A stretch of DNA of 64,000 bases from Octopus vulgaris (taxonomy: Eukaryota), in contig OX597823.1 of assembly GCA_951406725.2 (NCBI GenBank), positions 39,990,001 through 40,054,000 on the forward strand, given 5' to 3'. Positions within the stretch are counted from its first letter, which is position 1, and each line of letters opens with the position of its first letter. Below are positions 53,601-64,000 of the stretch, piece by piece. The notes under the pieces were generated by a model, which was given only the letters and a program-made list of their open reading frames with translations, had not been told where the DNA came from and did not search any database. Both the position numbers and the translations under genes were made by a program.

Positions 53601-54386
53601 TGATTCTTCGGTCTACTCCTCCCCACTCTCTCACATTTCTTTGCCTTTCTTACTTTGCACTTCACTGTCCCTGTCTTTCTTTTTTCTCGCCAATCCTTGA
53701 CACGCTCTCTTTCTTCTCCTCCTCTTTAATTCCTTGTTCCTCTTTTCTCTCTCTTCTCCACCCTCCTTAATACCTTTGTTCCTCTTGTTCTCTCTCTTCT
53801 CCCCCTCTTTAATTCCTTTGCCCCTCTTTTTCTCTCTCTTCTCTTCTCACGTGACCGCTGGCCAACTATAGCCCTTTCGCTTCGGACCAACCGTCACGAT
53901 AACACCGCTTTCTTCGTCTGCCGTAAAGGCCTTATATTTCAAATACGCTAGCTGAATTCAATTCGTCTCTGGTCGAAAGACGCCTGTTGTTATGTCCTTT
54001 TTTTTATTATTATTATTATTGTTTTTTGTATTTATATTCGTGTAAGATCGTACGTTTTTCTGTCCTTGTTTCGTATACATTCGATCCCTTTTCCAAGAAA
54101 TCTAATGCTCGTAGCTTAGTTTTTCCTTGGGGCTGGCCAGATTGGAGCAATCTCAAGATCAATCAGCCGAAATTGCGAGGATGATCCGGTTCTTGACTGA
54201 AGATTAGAGGCTTCGAATGACCCGTCCGTGTTTTTTGTATCGTCTATTTGAATGTTTTGCGTTCTTGTCCCATTTTGTATATATATATACATTACACACA
54301 TATACACATACACACACATATATACATATATGTGTGTGTATATATATATGTATATATATATATATATAAACACAAATATATATAGA

Positions 54387-54448
<62 letters not shown>

Positions 54449-54486
54449 CGTATAATAAGGGATGAGCTCATTATTTATATCAATCA

Positions 54487-54528
<42 letters not shown>

Positions 54529-55474
54529 ATATCTATCTATCTATCTATCTATATATATATATATATATATATACATACGCACATACATATATACACACAT
54601 ACATGTGTACATTATTATTAATTTAATGTATAAATTACGTATATACAGATATAGACATAAATTCATATATTTTTTATTCTTTTAATTGTTTCAGTCATTT
54701 GACTGCGGCCATGCTGGAGCGCCGGCTTTTAGTCGAACAAATCGACCCCAGGACTTATTCTTTGTAAGCGTAGTACTTATTCTATCGTTCTCTTTTGCCG
54801 AACCGCTAGGTTACGGATACGTAAACACCAACATCAGCTGTCAAGTGATGGTGGGGTGACAAACACATATACACAAGCATACCCACTACACTCACGGAGT
54901 GGTTGGCGTTAGGAAGGGCATCCAGCCGTAGAAACACTGCCAGATCAGACTGAACCGTCCAACCCATGCTTGCATGGAAAGTGGACGCTAAATGATGATG
55001 ATGACGATATTGATGATAAAAATCACGCCAATGAGTTTTATCAAGTAGCCAGCATGCTATAAACATTTATACGTAATTTATACATTAAGTTAATAATAAT
55101 GTACACATGTGTATAATTATGTCAAGAGACTAGGGTGAAAACAACCCACCTCCAGCTTGCTTGAAGTGCCGTTACCTTAAAAAAACTACCAAAAATTCCA
55201 GATAAATATACAAATGCCTGAAAGCGCGTTAGTGAGAGAAAATTAAAAAGATCTCACGTTAATTGGGTTCAATTTCTGGATTAAAGCATAAATAAGCCTT
55301 CTTCCTTCGCCATATATATATATGCGACGGGCTTCTTTCAGTTTCCGTCTACCAAATCCACTCACAAGGCTTTGGTCGGCCCGGGTAGACACTTGCAGTA
55401 GGACTGAAACCGGAACCAAGTGGTTAGAAAGCAAGCGGCTTACCACACAGCCGCACCTATAATGTCTGTATGTA

Positions 55475-55608
<134 letters not shown>

Positions 55609-56009
55609 CGTGTGTGTGTGTGTGTATGTATGTGTGTGTGTGTATAGTAGAAGACTATATATATATGCATACATTATATGTTTGTATATCATTGTTCAGT
55701 TTTATTTCAAGATTTCTTGCCAATACAGAAAGAGCCGGTTTCTAACCTAGATCCAAGGCTCCTTCATAGGAATTTCATCAACAGGGTATTTTTGTTTGTT
55801 TTTACGAATGTATGTATGTATGCATGTGTATACCGATATGTATGTATATAGCACCTGTGTGTTCGTATATTTTATTGCTCAAGGCAATCTAACGTTGTTA
55901 CACCATAAAACATGTCTAAATGCAACAGATGAGTTTCTGAGAGAGACGGAAAGAAATGAGGCTCTCCGTGTTAGAACGAAGAATTGAAAGATATGTATTG
56001 TGATATAGA

Positions 56010-56290
56010 TAACCCCTGGAAGGTATGACACCTAACTTTGGGAGTGAAAGCTATGCCGAACTCTGAACTGGACACCTCTATGTAGGGCCAAAAGCTCCAC
56101 CGTTTCCATCTATAATGAGCATCCAACACTGTAACACCGGTGCCGAAACACCTCAGATAGTTGCGTGGTATTGATGCTGATGCATTAAAAATTTAAAAAA
56201 AAAGCACTTAGACAAATTTCGATCTAGGGTACGAGATGAAACTTCATCACGGCAAAAAGAGCTATTAAGGGCTGCCCTATCCAAGAAAGT
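56010..56290 (+). mobile_element. LINE ORF2 C-terminal relic (CR1-like)
   Basis: Across a frameshift: GIDADA..K / KHLDKFRSRVRDETSSRQ...RAA, like the FK..LD.FLS.VPDEP ending. Confidence 0.6.
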
Positions 56291-57044
56291 TACCAAAACT
56301 AAAGAGAAGGGACTGTGGAAATGAAAGAAATAAACATACATACATACATACATACATACATACATACATACATACATACATACATACATACATACATGCA
56401 TACATACATACATACATTCATGCATGCATACATACATACATACATACACACACACATATATACATACACACATACAAACATATACATATATATATACATA
56501 CACATATGCACATATATGTATGTGTGTCTGGTTGTGTATATATATGTGTGTGAGTGTGTGTGTACGTGTGTGTGTGTATGTATACAAAGATATCTACACA
56601 CGTATACATAACCCAAACAGATGCACATACGTATGGACTACACACACACATACACACACACACACACACTCATACACACACACACACAAACACACATATA
56701 TATAATTGGTAAAGGGGACAACGAACGTTAAGGCAAGACAAACATCTCACGATATATACATTATTATTGGAAAACTTACAGGTATATGGAATATTCCGTT
56801 ATCGGAGAGAAATAGGGTAAACGTAAAGGGTATAGGTTAATGAAATGACGACACAGAGGACAGGAGATGAAGAAAGAGATCATCTGTGAACTAAACTCCC
56901 ATACTTTGTATACATATGTGTGGTAAATAGCTTGCTTACCAACCATATGGTTCCGGGTTCAGTCCCACTGCATGGCATCTTGGGCACGTGTTTTCTACTA
57001 TAGCCTCGGACCAACCAAAGCCTTGTGAATGGATTTGGTATATA

Positions 57045-57093
<49 letters not shown>

Positions 57094-57407
57094 ACGTTTG
57101 TCCCCGCAACTTAGAGGATCGGCATAAGAGACCGATAGAATAAGTACTAAGCTTACAAAGAGTAAGTCCTGGAGTCGATTTGCTCGACTAAAGGCGGTGC
57201 TCCAGCATGGCCACAGTCAAACGACTGAAACAAAATAAAAGAGTAAAAGAGCAAAAGAATATATGTATATATAATATATATATATATACACACATACTTA
57301 CACATATACACACACATATACACATACACACATATATACATATATATGTGTGTACCTTACAAACACACACACATAACCCATACGGATGTATATTCGCAGT
57401 TTATACA

Positions 57408-57414
57408 GTTCGCG

Positions 57415-57462
<48 letters not shown>

Positions 57463-57472
57463 AAGAGAGAGA

Positions 57473-57503
<31 letters not shown>

Positions 57504-58041
57504 GTATATATATTATGCATATATATATATGCATATTATATAAAGAGAGAGATACATACATACATACATATGTATATATATTATGCATATATATATATGC
57601 ATAATATATAAAGAGAGAGATACATACATACATACATACATATGTATATATATTATGCATATATATATATATATATGCATAATATATAAAGAGAGAGATA
57701 CATACATACATACATATGTATATATATTATGCATATATATATATGCATAATATATAAAGAGAGAGATACATACATACATACATACATATGTATATATATT
57801 ATATATATATATATATATGCATAATATATAAAGAGAGAGATACATACATACATACATATGTATATATATTATGCATATATATATATGCATAATATATAAA
57901 GAGAGAGATACATACATACATACATACATATGTATATATATTATGCATATATATATATATATGCATAATATATAAAGAGAGAGATACATACATACATATG
58001 TATATATATTATGCATATATATATATGCATAATATATATAC

Positions 58042-58072
<31 letters not shown>

Positions 58073-58151
58073 TGCATGTATGTATGTATGTATGTATCTC
58101 TCTCTTTATACACACACACACACACACACACACGCAGACAGAGGCGCGAAC
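57408..58151. repeat. Palindromic compound minisatellite (~60-bp unit, ~9 copies, inside an inverted repeat)
   Basis: Unit ataaagagagagat(acat)n-atgtatatatattatgc(at)n-gcataatat; outer arms gttcgcgcct(gt)n / (ac)n..aggcgcgaac. Confidence 0.9.
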
Positions 58152-58336
58152 ACAACTGTTGGGCCCAAACAATCATGACACTTGTATTAAGACGTGAATG
58201 ACGATGGTGGGGGTTGGTAGGCAGGGAAGTGAATTCTATTTGGGTCGAATTGTGTGTAGTCGGTTACCTTTCGTTGCCAATCTTCTTACCTGTAGGGAGA
58301 AAGCTATTATCCTTACTCTCTCCCTCTCTCTCAACG

Positions 58337-58424
<88 letters not shown>

Positions 58425-58690
58425 GAAGGTGGGGAAAACAGACAGACAGACAGAGCTCAACACCGACACGAGCTGAAAAACAAACCCACATCAGAACGTC
58501 TTGCCAACGTTTCGCCCGACCCCTTCCTCTCGCTACCATAATGCGCCCACACTTACACAACTGTTCTTTTCAAGCAAGGTTACATATCTGTAGACAAAAT
58601 AAATAAGTAAACAACCAGCCAGCCAGCCAGGCAACCAAGCAACTAACCAACCAACCAACCAACCAACCAGACATATAAACAAAATACATG

Positions 58691-58825
<135 letters not shown>

Positions 58826-58828
58826 ATA

Positions 58829-58995
58829 GGCGCAGGAGTGGCTATGTGGTAAGTAGCTTGCTTATCATCCACATGGTTCCGGGTTCAGTCCCACTGCGTG
58901 GCACCTTGGGCAGGTAGGTGTCTTCTACTGTAGCCTCGGGCCCACCAAAGCCTTGTGAGTGGATTTGTTAGACGAAAACTGAAAGAAGCCCGTCG

Positions 58996-59026
<31 letters not shown>

Positions 59027-59235
59027 TTGTCGCCTCCCCCCCCCAACCAACATCACTTGTCATGCGATGCTGGTGTGCTTACGTTCCCGTAACTTAGCGG
59101 TTCGGCAAAAAGATTCCGATGGAGTAAGTGCAAGGTTTACAAAAAAATAAGTCTTGGGGTCGATTTGCTCGACTAAAAGGTGCTCCAACATGGCCGCAGT
59201 CAAATGACTGACACAAGTAAAAGAATAAAAGAAAA
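58829..59235 (+). mobile_element. SINE family B, full length
   Basis: As 43489-43890. Confidence 0.92.
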
Positions 59236-59497
59236 GAATATATATATATAAATTAAATAGAAATGTATATAATATACACAAAAAAATTTATATTGTATAC
59301 AATATATCTTATACACTATATAGTATATATAAATATATATCAAATACAATATATTTTATATATAATATACAATATATAATATAGTATAATATATATATAA
59401 TTTTATATATATATATATACACACACAAGCATAAACACACGCACACGCACACACATATATATAATAAAATATAACATAATAATACGTATGTATGATT

Positions 59498-59566
<69 letters not shown>

Positions 59567-60033
59567 ATGTGTGTGTGTGTGTGATGCCCTGCTCGTGAAC
59601 CGCTCTTTCTATTTACCTTACCTACAATTGATACATTCACTCAAAAGTGCACCCTCCCTCCCCCCATACACATACACATACAGCACACAGAGACTTGCGC
59701 AGAACCTGACAGCTAACTAGACTGGCGTGTGTAATTACTAACAGGTAAAAAGTTTTGTGAAATAAAATAACAAGGGTAGGCACAATCAACAACAGCAACA
59801 GTTGCAGTAGTAGTAGTAGTAGTAGTAGTAATGGTGGTGATGGTATTAGAAGGGAAAGAAAGAAAGGTGAACAATTAAAAGGAAACGTAATAACATTATT
59901 TATAGTTTACAAGCAAAATCGACAGAGAACAATTGTATTTTAACAAGTTATAAGTGGTTTCTTTGTTTGTTATTTAACGATTGTTTGTTTGTTTGTATGT
60001 ATGTATGCATGTATGCATGCATGAAAGAATGCC

Positions 60034-60079
<46 letters not shown>

Positions 60080-60601
60080 TTAATAACTAGCTGGACCCGT
60101 GAAAAATTCACGAGAAACATAAAAAATGTAAGCACCTGTGTAAACCGTGTACTGGTGCCATGAGAAATGTTTGTCTTTACGTTCTGAGTTCAAATTCTGC
60201 CGAGATCGACTTTGCCTTTCGTCCTTTCGGGGGTCAATAAATTAAGTATCAGTTGTTGTGGGGGTCGATCTAATCAACTGGCTCCCTCCCCACCAAAAAT
60301 TCAGGTCTAGAAAAGTTATATTGTGACAGTTTCAGAATATAGAAAGTAATGTAACATCAATGACTATATAATCCAATCAAAATATCTCAGTTAACACAAA
60401 CGTAAACGGAATTACTATTTAACCTTAAAATACATCGTACATATTCAAAGAACCTTAATGTACAAATTGAAATGCAACAGAACAAAATAATAAATGGATT
60501 TATGAATGAAAGTTTGGTAACTGCATTTATTTCCACCAAGCGACAGTAATTATTGCAAACATGTTTTAAGTAACTTAAACTATACACACACACAAATACA
60601 G

Positions 60602-60647
<46 letters not shown>

Positions 60648-60656
60648 TTATTTGTG

Positions 60657-60701
<45 letters not shown>

Positions 60702-60716
60702 ATATGTATATATGTA

Positions 60717-60789
<73 letters not shown>

Positions 60790-60792
60790 ATA

Positions 60793-60871
<79 letters not shown>

Positions 60872-60878
60872 ATATGTA

Positions 60879-60994
<116 letters not shown>

Positions 60995-62416
60995 TCGTGT
61001 TGTAGCTGTAATTCAAAGGGGGGGGGCCAACCTTGTCATATTCTGTGTGAAGCTGAATCTCACTGAGAACTATGTTAATGTTAAGCATGTCTGCGGAGTA
61101 CTCAGCCATCTGTGAGTTAATTTTAACGCCGCGTGGTAATGGAAAGTGAAATTGGCATCCAATATTTGAGCGTGTATGTTTCTATGTATGAAGTTTTCTT
61201 TGGTTTTATGTATCTGCTGTCTCTCTCACTCTCTCTCATTCTCTTTCACTTCCTTTCTGTCCCTCTTCTCTCCCGCTTTTGATTTAACAATGTGTATATG
61301 TGTATATATATCTACTTCTCTTGCGATGTGATAAACATTTAAAAATACAAAATAAACGCCGTCACCAATCACTGTCTCCTTCACTCTCTCACCCTCTCTC
61401 TCTGTTACTTCCTCTCTGTCCCCCTCTCTCTCGCTTAGCCACTTTGAAGTGTGAGGCACACAACAGGTACGCACAAAAACTAAAAGTTAGCGTATTAGTA
61501 TTATTGATGGTAATGATAATGATAATAATTCTTTCTACTATAGGCACAAGGCCAGGAATTTAGGGGAGGGGGCCAGTCGATTAGATCGACACCAGTACTT
61601 GACTGGTACTTAATTTATCGACTCCGAAGGATGAAAGGCTAAGTCGACCTCGGCGGAATTTTTTACCTTTCATCATCCTTTCGGCATCGATAAATTAAGT
61701 ACCAGTCTAGTACTTTATTAAGAAAAACATTATGGACAATACCAAATCTGAGGGGACAGGACCAAAAGCGGTTACATCGACTCTAGTACCTGATTAATAC
61801 TTTATTTTATCGACCCCAAGACAATGAAAAGCAAAGCTGAACACGGAGGGATTTGAACCCAGAATATTAAATTAAAACCCCACCGACATCAGCTCTTGTC
61901 TTTTCATCGATCGGCGGGTGGGGGAAGCAACAGCAACAATAGCAACAATAATATTCAGGAAAAGGGAAAAGAAACAGGTTACAATATTTCTCGTTTTCTC
62001 AATAATCTAACGAGTGTTTCCTGTAAAAGTGAAAATGTTTTGAAAGTGGTCAAACGATAAAAACATTAAAAAAATTTAAAAAATTATTTCTATGATCCAA
62101 TGTGCTTAGTTCAAGGGGACAATTAATTGAATGAGTGAGGCATTTGCGACATTCGCAAAATTGTGATTGTGTTAGAGAAAACGAGCGAGCGAGAGAGAGA
62201 GAGAGAGCGAGCGTGGGACAGAGGAAGCGAGAGGTTTTTAGCAAGGTTTATAGTATTAGATATCAGATGAAAAGAGACGACTTGTAGTTGAAGATGTAGT
62301 TCGATGCAATATAATAAATTAAAACAAACAACAACAAAAAAAAATGTGCGCATGGGGGTGGGATACAAGAGGAAATCTTGCCTCATCTTCATTCATAAAG
62401 AATGTTTAATTACTGG

Positions 62417-62511
<95 letters not shown>

Positions 62512-62610
62512 CCTACCTACCTACCTATCTATCTATTTATCTATCTATCTCTATACATGCACAAATACATACTTGTGTATCTACCCATACCATCTCTCTC
62601 TCTCTGTATG

Positions 62611-62647
<37 letters not shown>

Positions 62648-62822
62648 TAAATATTAGGGAATAAATCCAAATTTACAGGGAAAAAAATCAGATTTAGGAT
62701 TAAATCCAATTTTATAGTAAAATATTATAAAATATTATTAGAGACAAAACCACTATTTTGCAAAACAAACAAGGAAAGACTTAATCAATACATAAAATTT
62801 TAATAAATAGTCAAAAAAACCG

Positions 62823-62865
62823 CCACTACAATCGTTTCTTGTCTTGATCGACAATCTTCAGGTGG
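62823..62865 (-). ncRNA. Type I hammerhead ribozyme (left arm)
   Basis: Mirror of 63493-63535. Confidence 0.8.
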
Positions 62866-62900
62866 ACTTCCAATCGTGGAATATCTGTAAATCCTTCAGG

Positions 62901-62999
62901 CTATATATCGTGGATACTCATATCATCATGGATTTCTGATGGAGTCATGCCTTCCAAATGAAGGTACATTATGACAGCAAGATACTCAGTTTTCTCCAT
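62901..62999 (-). pseudogene. Mariner transposase N-terminal fragment (left arm)
   Basis: Mirror of 63359-63457. Confidence 0.7.
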
Positions 63000-63358
63000 T
63001 TTCCTTGTAATCTCGACACTTGTTTATTGAAAAATCTTATGACCATTGCCAGGAAAACTTTCAGCGACGCTATCCTTCCACTTGTATAGTTATGATCTAT
63101 TCTCTCCCTCTGTGATGTGCGCGTGTGTTTATTTTGGGTAGAAAAGGAAACAAATGACCATCAGATCATGTAGAAGTCTGTAAGTCCTTGCGTGTAATCC
63201 TGAGTATATTCATTTTCTACCCAAAATAAACACACGCGCACATCACAGAGGGAGAGAATAGATCATAACTATACAAGTGGAAGGATAGCGTCGCTGAAAG
63301 TTTTCCTGGCAATGGTCATAAGATTTTTCAATAAACAAGTGTCGAGATTACAAGGAAA

Positions 63359-63457
63359 ATGGAGAAAACTGAGTATCTTGCTGTCATAATGTACCTTCAT
63401 TTGGAAGGCATGACTCCATCAGAAATCCATGATGATATGAGTATCCACGATATATAG
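63359..63457 (+). pseudogene. Mariner transposase N-terminal fragment (right arm)
   Basis: MEKTEYLAVIMYLHLEGMTPSEIHDDM(SIHDI*) matches the MEK.E.RAVIK(Y/F)L.LKG.TP.EIH..M start of the first HTH of mariner transposases. Confidence 0.7.
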
Positions 63458-63492
63458 CCTGAAGGATTTACAGATATTCCACGATTGGAAGT

Positions 63493-63535
63493 CCACCTGA
63501 AGATTGTCGATCAAGACAAGAAACGATTGTAGTGG
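63493..63535 (+). ncRNA. Type I hammerhead ribozyme (right arm)
   Basis: CCAC-CUGAAGA-UUGUC(GAUCAA)GACAA-GAAA-CGAUUGU-A-GUGG; GUA site, predicted cut after 63531. Confidence 0.8.
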
Positions 63536-63622
63536 CGGTTTTTTTGACTATTTATTAAAATTTTATGTATTGATTAAGTCTTTCCTTGTTTGTTTTGCAA
63601 AATAGTGGTTTTGTCTCTAATA

Positions 63623-63662
<40 letters not shown>

Positions 63663-63697
63663 CATACACACACACATATATAATCAACCAATCTTCA

Positions 63698-63739
<42 letters not shown>

Positions 63740-63740
63740 A

Positions 63741-63775
<35 letters not shown>

Positions 63776-64000
63776 AGGTAGTGATATTGAGTTAGACATG
63801 GCCTGGGCCTATACTGGCCGAAACCTATCAAAGTTATGCCCACTTATATATATATCTACCTTATATCTTTGCCAAACTACTACATCAATTATCTGCCTTA
63901 TCTATATACATATTTTACACGTCTAGGTTAGCAATGTGAGTTATCTTAGATGTCTTACCTGTGGCCGTGCAATGGCTGGGACCTTGTGATATTTCATTTA

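Larger units (their letters stand above)
62642..63632. mobile_element. Large fold-back element: 420-bp inverted arms (62726-63145 and 63213-63632), 67-bp spacer, ~84-bp unpaired tail; Penelope-like derivative with cargo
   Basis: No arm mismatch seen by eye; (TA)n on both sides; hammerhead and mariner fragment in each arm. Confidence 0.92.

Overview
AT-rich, microsatellite-dense eukaryotic DNA. The SINE families, LINE relics and (TA)n/(CA)n/(GA)n/(TAGA)n/(TATG)n load resemble a cephalopod (Octopus-like) genome; this is inference. Almost all ORFs in the supplied track are microsatellite or repeat read-through. Genic signals are a CpG-rich housekeeping-type promoter (NRF1, ETS, YY1 motifs) at ~28.0-28.3 kb, a probable minus-strand first coding exon encoding a signal peptide or membrane anchor (22063-22167), and a CpG-depleted block at 1-~21.4 kb that looks like a methylated gene body. 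Repeats include several tRNA-derived SINE families, maT (DD37D) transposase relics, L1/Tx1 and CR1-like LINE relics, non-autonomous Helitrons and Merlin-like MITEs with 8-bp TSDs. The main finding is about 11 small loci, mostly fold-back elements in or beside (TA)n tracts, that carry minimal type I hammerhead-ribozyme motifs. These show compensatory 3:8 core variants (C:G, U:A, G:C), a recurrent U4C core, one A6U core and palindromic stem III, which fits Penelope-like retroelement derivatives. One is a 420-bp inverted repeat with no mismatch seen (62726-63632) that has captured the 5' end of a mariner transposase between two ribozymes. All alignments and foldings were done by eye.
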